A DNA stretch of 64,000 bases, taken from positions 64,001-128,000 of IMG/VR virus record IMGVR_UViG_3300032227_001172. One strand, written 5' to 3'. Below the pieces are notes generated by a model, which was not told the origin of the DNA, did no database searches, and saw nothing but the letters and a program-made list of their open reading frames with translations. The stretch comes from a virus (taxonomy: Duplodnaviria; Caudoviricetes). A program made the position numbers and the translations under genes. This document shows, piece after piece, positions 45,578 to 56,800 of the stretch (its first letter is position 1; every line of letters starts with the position of its first letter).

Positions 45578-48036
45578 ACTTTTTTAACTCCTAGAATTAA
45601 TCCATTTGGATTATTGATTAATCCAGTTGTCCACGGCTGATCAGATATTGGATCGTTGTACTCATAAAACTGTACTATTTTTCCATATCTTGTTTTAGTC
45701 AGATTTTGAACATCCCCTAAACGAATATAATCATCTTGAATAACATTAAGACTATTTGGAGGGAAAAAATTACCTGTATATCTTGGAGCAAATGTTATGC
45801 GATAGTCATCTATGAAGCCATTGCCTTGTATTCTAGTAGGTATTCTATTAGTAGGATATCCCCAAAAAGCATTGAAGGTTTTAATATAATTATTATTAAT
45901 AGAATTACTAGGCCAATAATATAATGTATTAGTAAATGAACCCGACCATGGTCCAGTTGGAGTAGAGTTGTTAGCAAATAATTGCGAATCATATTCATAT
46001 GGACCATTTTGCCAATATCTGTATGATGTTCCTGATACTCCATCTAAGAACGCTATGAGGGTATTGCTAGTACTTACCAGTGCTACATGATGCCACTCAT
46101 CATCTTGAATTGATCCACTAAAATATAAATCAAGATATCCATTATAAGTATTGTTTTGATAAGAACTATAATATCTTATGCCTCCTGTTCCAACAGATAA
46201 ATTAAAGTCTTGGTAAAAATTAATACTTTGTGTTGGAATATTAGTAAAATTTTTAGAGAATAGAACAATTCTATCATTTAAACCAGTAAATTTTATCCAT
46301 GTTTCTAGTGTAAAGTCTGTGCGAGTTGGATTAGAAATATTACCATCGTTGCCATAATTTAATTCGATATTATAGTTTGTATCTAAATTATTGTTTTGAA
46401 TATATTGACCACTTGTAAGTTTTAAACTTTTGCTACCATATTTCACAATGTCGGTGGATAATTCGATGCTAGGAGTAGACTTACTAAATATAAAACGATT
46501 AATAGTAGCATCAGTAATAGTTGCTGAATCATTATTAAAATTTAATAAAAGTTTATTCGAACCCGCTAAGTTATCTCTTATACCTGTTCTAAGCACAACT
46601 TCGTATGAAGTATCTAAAAATTCTTTTTTACCTTGAGTATATAGTTTTAAACCACCAATACCATCTTCAACTGTTCCCCAAACATTAATAGCGTTATTAT
46701 CTGGGCCGTTATATTGAGTTAACATTGGCCGATATGGTACAGCAGTTATCAGGCCAGAAGCTGATGTACTAATTTTTCCATCATCACCATCAGCATTTTT
46801 AAATACTACCCTATATGAAGCTATATTTTTCTCCCATTGTGTTAAGCCATCAGGAGATACGCCGTTGTTGCTTACGTTACCACCAATACCGGGAGAAAAT
46901 GGTACTACTTTTGCATTTTTTCCTAAAAATGTAGTTGTAGATCCAGAACTATCAGATAAAATCACATCGTCTATAAGGGTCACAGCGCCTTTCATATAAT
47001 ATCTACTAACTAATAGTAAATCATCTCTAGTTCCATAATAAGGACTTGTCTGATCACTAAATTGAAAACTAGCATTATATGTACGATTAAAAAATCTAAT
47101 ATTATCATAATAAACACCACTAATATAAACTCTATCATCCCATAAGTCTTTATCTATAATCAGATCGTCGGATGGTATACTCAATAAATCTATATCTTCT
47201 AGTTTTATTTGTACATAATGATCTGTACCAGTATTAATAATTCCAAATTGAAAATGACACCATCTAGATAGAGGACTAGACCAATTGCTGGTAGTATCTG
47301 TGTCTATCGTTAAAATTCTACCACCAACATCCGCTAAAGTATAATTAGCAACAGCATTATCATAAACCGATTTAACTCTATAGTTAATTAAATCTTCATT
47401 AATATTTAAATCAAAAACACCACTAATTCCGTCTGGTTGTTCAACTTCCAGACCAATGGTCATTTTTTGATTTTCTAGAACAGAAATATGGTTGCCTGTA
47501 ACTTTAACAATACTTAAAATTAAACCAGTAGTATTACCACTACAAAAAGCTACTAATGGATGTTTCGATCCAAATCGACCGGGCTTATCTGAAGAACTAT
47601 AACTAGTATCTTTTGTTTCTATTCCTAAAAATCTTGTTGTTAAAAAACTAGTTTGTCCAGAAGGTAATTGAAATCCACTTAATTGAATATATGTTATTGG
47701 TGCTAACAAATTAGAATTTGATATATCTAAGTTTGTTAAGGCCAAAAACCCAGGAGGACTACTAAATCCTGGAAAAGCATTACCTATCACATAAATACCA
47801 TAATAGCTATTGAAAGCCGTATCAACATATCTACCCGTCGGTAGTATTCCATTATTAGGAGAATAATAGGCATAATTTGCATTATTATAGTCTGCGACAG
47901 AATGATTATATACATATCCTCCAAAGGCATATTTTTTATATTCCACAGGATGTTGTGGCTCGAAGGACCAGTAATTTGGATCAAGATCCTTAAGTAAGTT
48001 GCAGCGGTCAAAACCGTCAAAAAATAAAACGGCCAT
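45574..48036 (-). CDS. Virion protein of the 'M-x-x-L-F-x-D-G-F-D' type with an inserted LamG/concanavalin domain (820 aa)
   Basis: SD AAGGAG; LamG motifs KYGSKSL, DFTLETWIK, WHHVALV, FLDG, GFIDDYRIT; C-terminus DPISDQPWT...LILGV. Confidence 0.75.
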   Translation of the reverse strand: MAVLFFDGFDRCNLLKDLDPNYWSFEPQHPVEYKKYAFGGYVYNHSVADYNNANYAYYSPNNGILPTGRYVDTAFNSYYGIYVIGNAFPGFSSPPGFLALTNLDISNSNLLAPITYIQLSGFQLPSGQTSFLTTRFLGIETKDTSYSSSDKPGRFGSKHPLVAFCSGNTTGLILSIVKVTGNHISVLENQKMTIGLEVEQPDGISGVFDLNINEDLINYRVKSVYDNAVANYTLADVGGRILTIDTDTTSNWSSPLSRWCHFQFGIINTGTDHYVQIKLEDIDLLSIPSDDLIIDKDLWDDRVYISGVYYDNIRFFNRTYNASFQFSDQTSPYYGTRDDLLLVSRYYMKGAVTLIDDVILSDSSGSTTTFLGKNAKVVPFSPGIGGNVSNNGVSPDGLTQWEKNIASYRVVFKNADGDDGKISTSASGLITAVPYRPMLTQYNGPDNNAINVWGTVEDGIGGLKLYTQGKKEFLDTSYEVVLRTGIRDNLAGSNKLLLNFNNDSATITDATINRFIFSKSTPSIELSTDIVKYGSKSLKLTSGQYIQNNNLDTNYNIELNYGNDGNISNPTRTDFTLETWIKFTGLNDRIVLFSKNFTNIPTQSINFYQDFNLSVGTGGIRYYSSYQNNTYNGYLDLYFSGSIQDDEWHHVALVSTSNTLIAFLDGVSGTSYRYWQNGPYEYDSQLFANNSTPTGPWSGSFTNTLYYWPSNSINNNYIKTFNAFWGYPTNRIPTRIQGNGFIDDYRITFAPRYTGNFFPPNSLNVIQDDYIRLGDVQNLTKTRYGKIVQFYEYNDPISDQPWTTGLINNPNGLILGVKKV

Positions 48037-48073
48037 ATTTTCTCCTTATTCTGAATATTATTCTTATACCCCT

Positions 48074-49672
48074 TTATGGAATAAAATCGTTATCAATAGT
48101 TGTCAATGATGCTGATAAAATATAACTACCACAATCTTTACAATCTGGTGGTTCTTCATATTTTACTGGTACAAAATTTTTACCATATCTAGCCGCTTTG
48201 CTGATCATAAAATCGTCTATACGGCCAATAAATGGTTCGTTAACAGCACCTCTACCAGTATTAAATTCATCAGAATATAAATAAGAATCTGTTTGTGAAG
48301 CACCAATAATCATATAGGGGTTATTATTATAAGGAATAATAATGTCTTTATCAAAATATTTTCTATCATATCTTTGACCATTAATAAATAACCTGATATA
48401 ATTATTAAAACGACAAACAGCTATATGAGTAAATTCTGATGTTGGTAAAGCCATATTAGCAACAAGTTGCACCGAACCAAAATCATATTCTCCGTTTTGT
48501 GGATCATAATTTTCAGTATATGTGTCAAATCTTATAGTATTTGCATAAATATAAAGCTTCCAGTATCTATTTTGATAATTTTCATAGGTATTATAATTAT
48601 TTTGATAATAACAAGAAACTAAAGTTTGATTAGTGTACACTGGCACAGTGTTTGGCTTAATCCATAACTCTATCGTAAAATCATCTACCAAAGACCAATT
48701 GTCTAGTGAAATACTATGATTGTGATTTATTTGTAAATGAGAGTAAGTTGATGGCGTTGGACTAGATTCATAAACACCATCAAAATATAAACTTCCAGGA
48801 CCAAACTTGGATTGAGAGGAAACCGTCACCCCAGCAATATGATTAATGGTTTTTTCTCTACATGAATGTTCTGTTAGAGAAGCATAAATGTCAGTTGTTG
48901 AGTCAGGCTGCATAAAAGCTAATATGTCGCAATATTGATGTTCTGGTCCCAAAGGAGTAAAAATACCACTATATCCGAACTCTCCTGTACCAACACAGTT
49001 TACTGCTGCAATCCTAAATAAATAAGAGTGACCATTAGATAATTCATCTACAATAACAAAATTTCTTAAACCAACACCGCTAGATTGTTCAGTCATGATC
49101 AGATTATCATTGTCGCTTGAAATCCTATATAAATCTTGAGATAAAAGTCTTGCTTTATTAAATTCTTGATAATTACAATTTAATCTAAAATATTCTTCAA
49201 TTACATTCTCTATTAATTCAGTAGATATACTATAATTATTTTCTGTTAATAAATTACTTAAAAAACAATCACTATATTCTAATACATAATTTGTAATATC
49301 ACATCTATTATTATATGGGGTGCTCCATGTTAATTCTACAGAAGAATCCTCTACTAAACTGCTAAGAAAAATAGTTATTTCTGGAAGCTGAGGAGGCGGA
49401 TCATAAGTACATATATCAGCAATACCGTATGTCACATGAGCTATGTTTGAGAGGCTCTTTAGTGTTACAGCATCGAGGGATAGGAAGGTTAGAGATGCCA
49501 CAGATATAGGCCTATCAAAAGTTGCACTATCCATAGATAAAAATGTGACATTAGCTGCCGAAGAAGCTAAATCGTACGTTGCCGAATCTGCAACTAGATA
49601 TGATATAATAGCTTGACGTACAGATTGTTCGTCATAATGAGACGATATACCAAAAAAAGGAGGTAAAATCAT
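48074..49672 (-). CDS. FN3 + LamG virion protein (532 aa)
   Basis: FN3 halves (VELTWSTPYNN...ITNYVLEY / LSNGHSYLFRIAAVNCVGTG); LamG (SKFGPGSLYFDG, DFTIELWIK, FTHIAVCR, LFING, GRIDDFMISKAARY). Confidence 0.8.
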   Translation of the reverse strand: MILPPFFGISSHYDEQSVRQAIISYLVADSATYDLASSAANVTFLSMDSATFDRPISVASLTFLSLDAVTLKSLSNIAHVTYGIADICTYDPPPQLPEITIFLSSLVEDSSVELTWSTPYNNRCDITNYVLEYSDCFLSNLLTENNYSISTELIENVIEEYFRLNCNYQEFNKARLLSQDLYRISSDNDNLIMTEQSSGVGLRNFVIVDELSNGHSYLFRIAAVNCVGTGEFGYSGIFTPLGPEHQYCDILAFMQPDSTTDIYASLTEHSCREKTINHIAGVTVSSQSKFGPGSLYFDGVYESSPTPSTYSHLQINHNHSISLDNWSLVDDFTIELWIKPNTVPVYTNQTLVSCYYQNNYNTYENYQNRYWKLYIYANTIRFDTYTENYDPQNGEYDFGSVQLVANMALPTSEFTHIAVCRFNNYIRLFINGQRYDRKYFDKDIIIPYNNNPYMIIGASQTDSYLYSDEFNTGRGAVNEPFIGRIDDFMISKAARYGKNFVPVKYEEPPDCKDCGSYILSASLTTIDNDFIP

Positions 49673-49680
49673 TGGCTGTC

Positions 49681-50823
49681 CTATGGTCCAGAATTAAGGT
49701 CGGTAGTATCTCCAGACAGAAGTATTACAGATTCAGCCACCTTAACTAATGTTGCTATAGAATATTGTCCAACTAATTTGGTATGGTTATATCTGTTTTG
49801 TACAGAATCGGTTATTCTTACTTGCCCCGATCCCAATTGTACAATTAAACAATTAAATCCTGGCTCAAGACTATCGTTAAATGTGAGACTAATAGCACTA
49901 GTATTATGATTAAAGGTTACTACTTTACCATTGTCAGACTGTAAAATCTCATAATTGCTAACAGTTTGGTTATTTAGTGTTGCAGAAAACCTGTTTATAG
50001 CGCCGTCGCCAAAAGATTGATTTCCTGTAAAATTATTTCCACCATTAACTTTAGCAAATACACCAGAATTATATATTGATGCTGTTCCTAAGCCCAAAGT
50101 AGCTCTTTGTTCTTCTGTACTAGTATCATTCAAAAGATTTTTTGCAGTATTAGATAGGGTGATTAATTCAAAATCATTATTAGCATTAGAATATAAAATT
50201 TTCCCAGACTCAAGAGTAAGACTAGCTATATCTTGTAGATTAGGATGATATGCTTGTACGTTTTGGCCAATTGTAAGTCCAGTAACAGAAATAGTTAGAC
50301 TATTAAAGTCTGGATCTTTATAATTAAGACCAATATTATTTCCAGGTATCAACAATTCATTAACTCTATCGTCTACAGATTCATTAAAATTAATAATATC
50401 TGCGGCTATGTGTTGATGTCCTACCAAATCATTTGAGATAGTAATACTTTGCTCTGTATCGTTAAGAGATATCGATGTTCCAGCGCCTTCGACAAACTTA
50501 ATTGTTGATGCTGTTGTATCTATTGTAAAACTATTAGTGGCATCAGAAATATTAAATGACTTAATACCACTACCCGGTGGTCCGGGTTCACCAGACGGTC
50601 CTGCTATACCGACATCTCCCTTTAATCCTTGTGGACCCATCGGACCCGGTTCTCCAGACCCCGGAGGACCTTGTGGGCCTTGCACACCAACACCGGCTAC
50701 AATAGAGGCAACAGGGGCTTCATTAACACTAATTATTAAATTAGTGCCAATTCCGTTGGATGATGGATCATTTAAAACACTAATATTATGAAGTATTTGT
50801 GGAAGAATATTAATTGTAGCCAT
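49681..50823 (-). CDS. Short tail fibre with collagen-like repeat (380 aa)
   Basis: Gly-X-Y run GVQGPQGPPGSGEPGPMGPQGLKGDVGIAGPSGEPGPPG; HQHIAADIINF and RATLGLGTA fibre motifs; C-terminal tip domain (SDNGK...GFNCLIVQLGSGQV...GQYSIATLVK). Confidence 0.82.
   Translation of the reverse strand: MATINILPQILHNISVLNDPSSNGIGTNLIISVNEAPVASIVAGVGVQGPQGPPGSGEPGPMGPQGLKGDVGIAGPSGEPGPPGSGIKSFNISDATNSFTIDTTASTIKFVEGAGTSISLNDTEQSITISNDLVGHQHIAADIINFNESVDDRVNELLIPGNNIGLNYKDPDFNSLTISVTGLTIGQNVQAYHPNLQDIASLTLESGKILYSNANNDFELITLSNTAKNLLNDTSTEEQRATLGLGTASIYNSGVFAKVNGGNNFTGNQSFGDGAINRFSATLNNQTVSNYEILQSDNGKVVTFNHNTSAISLTFNDSLEPGFNCLIVQLGSGQVRITDSVQNRYNHTKLVGQYSIATLVKVAESVILLSGDTTDLNSGP
50565..50690 (-). repeat. 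Collagen-like Gly-X-Y repeat (GC-rich island)
   Basis: About 13 G-X-Y triplets with one interruption. Confidence 0.9.
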
Positions 50824-50834
50824 AATATTTTATC

Positions 50835-53800
50835 TTAAAAAGTATACATATAGGTATCGACACCTGTTTCATCAGCAATTCTGATTTTAATAGTATCTTG
50901 CGTAGACCAATTAAAACCATAATCAGGACTTAATATAAGTTTTACATTCAGTCTATCATTTACTGAATCGTACTCATCTTTGATAAATGTACTTTCTTCG
51001 GTTGTTTGTCTCCAGAAACCACAATAACCATAATCTCCATTAATACCTGGTGCTAGCTGAATATCTACAATATTAGATCTAAGAGGACGTTTACCTCCTT
51101 CAATACTAAATGTTAAAAGATTACCAGTTTTATTAACCGTAGATGTATTAATTTTTATTGGCTTATTAATATATAAAGGATAATTTTGAAAGTGTTTTTT
51201 AGGTAATATACCAACAGATGGATAGTTTCCAGTATCAAATACCGGCATATTTGGATTTTCCATTGTTGCAATTTTATAAATCAAATCTTCATTTTCTCTT
51301 GTGTTAGACCTACCAGTAATTTGGAAAGCATACTTACCTTCTGTAAGATAACTAATATTATACGGCATTATCTTAATATTGTCATCAATATTTTTATAAA
51401 CACTCACTAAATTACCACTACTAAAATGTTTCAGCCATCCGGTTGAAGGATTAGTATTGCTCAAATAAACTCTATTGTTATTAGAAGTAGTAACTGTTAC
51501 GTATCCATTTTCTTCTAATAAATTAAGTTCGCTAGACACAAAATTATTAAGATCTACACCAATAGAATCGCCAATACTATATGTAAAATTATCTCTTAAA
51601 ATTAATTGGTTATTTACTAAATCTACATTTTCGATCACAGCCTTAAAATCAATATGAGCAGTACAATTAAGAGGAGATGGCCCTAAATTAATAGGAAATA
51701 CAAAGTTATTACCAACAATATTGTCTATAGAAACACCCACAAAAGAATTATAAATTAAAGTAGTTATACCATTACTTGTGGTATAAAGTTTTAAGTCCAT
51801 AGTATCATTAGCTGATATATTAGTATTAGACATAACAATACTTCCACTGCCATTAGTGATAGTATAGGATGCGTTACGTCCAAGTATAGAATTTTTTAGT
51901 AATGGTTGTTGAATAATACCACTAATAATTGGTAAATAATCTTCTGTGGTCCATGCTCCAGACACAGCATTATTTCCAGACCAATTGTATGGTATGCTAT
52001 TACCAATGCCTGCGTCATCCGGAATATATCCACCAACAGCTAAGCCCATTAATGGTTCCATAACAATACCATTAGGATCCTGATCTGTAAGACTATTTAT
52101 AACAGATATACTATTAAATCCATCGGTTAAAATTGGAGCAAATGTGGTGTTGGTTGGGACAGTTAATAAGTTGTCTCCTTTATGTGGCCATATATAAGAA
52201 TTTTCTGCCCCTGGTAGAGCATTAACATTATATGTTGGAAATGTGTCAGAATCTTTAATAATATTAATTTTATAAATTGTACCAGATGCTCTAGAGAGAA
52301 TATTAGTATCAAAACTACTACCAGCACCAACAGAACCTTGTTGTAAAATAGAATTTGACATTAGATCGAGTAGCTGGTATCTTAAAGATCCATATCTTTC
52401 GTTTTCTGGTATTAATCTTTGAGTAGCATTATCTCCAAAAGCTAATTTAGTTGCTAAGGCGAATCTTACGCCATTAAAAGAAAAATAATAATCTTGTGCT
52501 GGTGGTGGGTCAACTATTTCTACTGTAATTTTTGGTAATACTATACCACTTATATATAAATTACCTGTCTGCCAACAATCTGACCAAGATACTGCAGATA
52601 CTATATTAACTTGATTATTAATACGATTTAATACTAAGTTACTAAGTTTAGAATCAGATTGACTAAATGGTTGAGACCCTGTCAATGAAGCTTGATGAGA
52701 TGGAACCAATAAACCTAACAATCCTCTGTTATTACCATTAGGAACAGATTGGTCATATGAGGCTCTTCCTGCTCCCAGTAAACATGCAGTAGTATTATTG
52801 TTAATATTACCAGCAGCAAAAAAATTATCAAAATTATCTAATCCTATAGTACGATAATCAGAAATAACAACTCTAGCATATCCTGTTATCGGAGCTGTTT
52901 GACCAGGATTCTGTAAAGATTCTTTTCCATTAATATATTTACCTTTTTGATCACTATATATTTGATATGTTCCATCGTTTCCATTGTTGTCTTGATCAAA
53001 CCCAATGTATATAATATCATTAGTGTTGATTAATTTATTAGTATCAGATTGTCCTGGTTGAGAAAGATATATAGTTAGACTATTTGTTTGTTCTGTTCCA
53101 GAAAATAGTACATCTGAACTAACACATTTATTATGTGGTAAAATACTTCTACATACTAAAGACTCTGGTAGTGCTGGGGGTATCCAAGCATTAGCAGCAC
53201 TGCTTAAGATGGGCTTCAATCCTGATTTAGGAGTTAGAGTAGGAATATCTGTTGAAAAATAAACCGTAATACCAACATCAGGATCAAATGAACTAGAAGA
53301 ATCTGTAAATGTAACAGTTTGCTGTACTGTACGATCCCTAGCATCTGTAACAGTTAACAATAACTGCTCGCTGTATTGTCCACCATTAGCAAATTCTGTC
53401 GGATATCCTTCTATTCTCACATAGCCACTACCAAGATTCGAATATGGTGCAACTGGCTGATTGGCCTCCTCTGGAAAGTATATGGAATAACTCAAACCAG
53501 ATGGGACGGACCCAGATACTGAAAAAGATTTGATTCCGGTTGGTATACTACATAAGGCGGCGGTTCCTGGACCAAAATCTAATTGCTTAGTATAGTATGT
53601 TGTATTACACAAAGGTTTAATGGTGGTCATGGCGGAGTAATCTGGGTTATCGACAATAGATGGAGGATTACCTATAAATACTCCTTGATTATAATTAAAA
53701 GCAAAACTTACCTGATCTGTATCTGGTAAATATGGAGATAGAGGCAAAAGGCTAGTATCGGTATCTATGGCAGTGATAGAGAATTCTTTTCTACCAAGCA

Positions 53801-56800
53801 ATATACAAGACGGTATACCAACAAAACGATAACTCCAAGATCCTCCTTGATCAAGAGGATTCCACACAGGTGGGCCTATTAGACATTGTAATCGAGTATC
53901 TTCTAAAGGATTAAACCCAGTACAAAAAGTAGGCATATTATCCAATATAATAGTTGGTGGATAATTAGCATGGGCTAAACCACCAATAGTTTTAAACTGT
54001 AATTCCCATGCAGCATTACCTTGGGATACTTGTATAGCTGCTGTTGGATCTGAACTATAGCTCGTTATGCCTGTAATTTTTAATGGTATACCAGCCAGTT
54101 CATTACTTTCAATCTCCATAGTACTTAATTTACCAACAGCCATAATTTTATCTTTACCAACACCTTTACATTCTACCGAGACAGTACTACCCTCAACAAC
54201 CAATCTTGCATCATACTTATCTGTCATTTTAGTGGATATATAAGAGTTTGTCCATATATTTAAATCTGTATCATATTTACGATTAATGTTAATATTTGGT
54301 AGCGATATGCTAGATTCTTTAAGGATAGCGGGAAAAGAAATTTTATCTGGAGCATTACTATTCAAATCCAGCATATCAACCTTAGTAAAAAATTCATTAT
54401 TGGGTGTTGTATAGACTGTTGAAGAGATATTCTTCATTTTAGTAATAGGATTATATCTAATACTATAGTCTTTATTAATAACATTACCAGAATATTCATC
54501 TTCAATAAAAATTGTTAACGGATATAGTCCTGTACTGCCTATAAATCTACCTAAAGAGTCTTTAGTAGCAACAGCTTGCACTTTCCATTTTTTTAGAATA
54601 CTATCATATTGATAATCCAATGAGTACTGTGGAATATCTGTTTCATATGTGCCTAAATTTGGAGCATTTATAATTTTTGCATTAGGTCTATTATTTTGAT
54701 CATGTTCTGTTATTCCACTTGAAATATAGAACTCGATACTCCAAGGTTCATCGATATCGAAATCTAAAATATTTTGTTGTGGAATACCTTCAAAAATTAA
54801 TGGCTTATAAAATACTATATTAAAACCAGCATTTTTATTATATGTCTGATATATATAATTACCAAAAATATCATAAATAGGCTGCTTTAAAGAAACACTA
54901 ACAGACTGATTAATGAATCTTCCGGAAGTATCTTTATATACTGGATTTTGACCAGTTGTTTTTGGTATGGCAATGACTCTGAATCTTTCTGTATCATAGT
55001 CATAACTGGACGAACTAATAGCTAAACTATATTGATTACTAGTATTAAAAGTAAGATTAAAGCTATTAATTACCTCATTTGGTAATGGCCCTAATTCTGC
55101 TGGTATATCAAATATTACATTGTCCTGATCAATCAGATTAATATAATAAGTAGATGTTAAATTATTAAATTGAAGATTATGATCAGGCCTACTTGATATA
55201 TGATTTAGCACTTTAATAAATCCAGTTGCCACGCCAAGAGTAACATACGGTGTTGAAGTTATGTCCTTGGCAGTAAGCACTATTGGGTAAAGTCCTGTCT
55301 GTACACCTCTTGTATCCCCAGAGTACATCACAGACCTATCATCTGCATAATATAAACTATAATGATTAGAATCTGGAACATTAGTAAGTTCTAAAAATAA
55401 TTCATTAGCAATAAGCTTACTATCAACATCTATCTTAGAAAGATCAAATCCCATTTTCCACATATTGCCACTTCCAACATATCCAGTGGGATAAAAAGGA
55501 GTTATATTAGGTAATTGTCTTTGACTAATAGTAAAATTATAGTCATCTCGACCAGTTAAATCCGATACATATAGTTGTAGTTCTCTATTAGCATAGTACT
55601 CGACTGGGGGATTCCATCTGAGTCCTATATTCCAACCAGAACCGTTCCAGCCAAAATATCCTGGCTCATTAAATTCTAATTGATATATGCCAACCCCAGA
55701 CATTCCAATTTTTGGAATACTAAATCTTTGTATATCAAATAAACTGAGATCTCCATCTTTTGTAGTTATTTTAAAAATAACTTCTTTAATATTATCTGGT
55801 ATAATCAAATGATTATCTAGACTATTAAAATTATTTAAATTACCAAAACTATACTGAATTTTATCTATCTTAATGGTATTGGGATTAATAGAATAAAATT
55901 TACTAGGTGTTGACGATAACGAAATATTATAACCAGTAAATGGAGGTTGATTTCCACGTAAATGTGCTGTGTGTTTCCATGTCTTGCTATCATAATCATA
56001 GTAATCGAATACTTTAGGATTTATTGGCAAGCCCTGAAGAGATCCGTTCGATTGAATAAGACCATTATCAATATTGGGGTTTAGATGACTTTTAATATTT
56101 TGAACACTGTCTATGATGTAAACTATACCAGACTTACCAATATGATTACTATTATATGGTATATTGATAGATAATGTATTAATCTGTAATAAATCATTAA
56201 TTGTATATTGTTGTGTTAATTCTGGTGCCCCATCATTAAAATCAAAAAATAAAGTTTTTCCTGGATATACACCAGTAAATCTGGGAGTATTATATCCTGT
56301 GATATGTACACAAAGAGTGCCAGATGTACAAAGAGAACTGTCAAATGAAATGCTAAATCTTCCAGTTTGTGGAGGTTGTACAAACTTACCAGTAGTATCT
56401 AAAGGATAGTATGAACTAATACCTCCATATGTATTATAATATAAATTATTGTAATTTAAAACATTGATTTGGCCAGAAGTAGCTTTTATTACAGAGATAT
56501 TTCCTCTTGATGGTAAAAATAGATTATGACTAATACCTAGAGGACTATTATATCTAATAGTATTTTCTTTAACTAAATCAAAACGATAACTATTTATGCC
56601 AGTTGGTTTAGGAGGAATAGATAGATTACCATTTATGCTGATACCACTAATAATATTAAATTCACTAGTAACATTAAATTTACTAATATGTTTAACAACT
56701 CCTGTTGAGGATATGCTACTTCCATTCAAGCTTGTAATTAAAAATTCATCATTTTCTTGTGAAAACGACTTTATTGTATCTAGTTCATTGATTCTAATTA

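Noticed and set aside
37124-56273. GG[TG]GTA[TC]A as a late-promoter motif (48065-48072, 41167-41174, 40161-40168, 37124-37131, 56266-56273)
   Set aside because: Three copies lie shortly upstream of gene starts, but others are mid-gene and about one exact hit per strand is expected by chance; needs genome-wide motif analysis.
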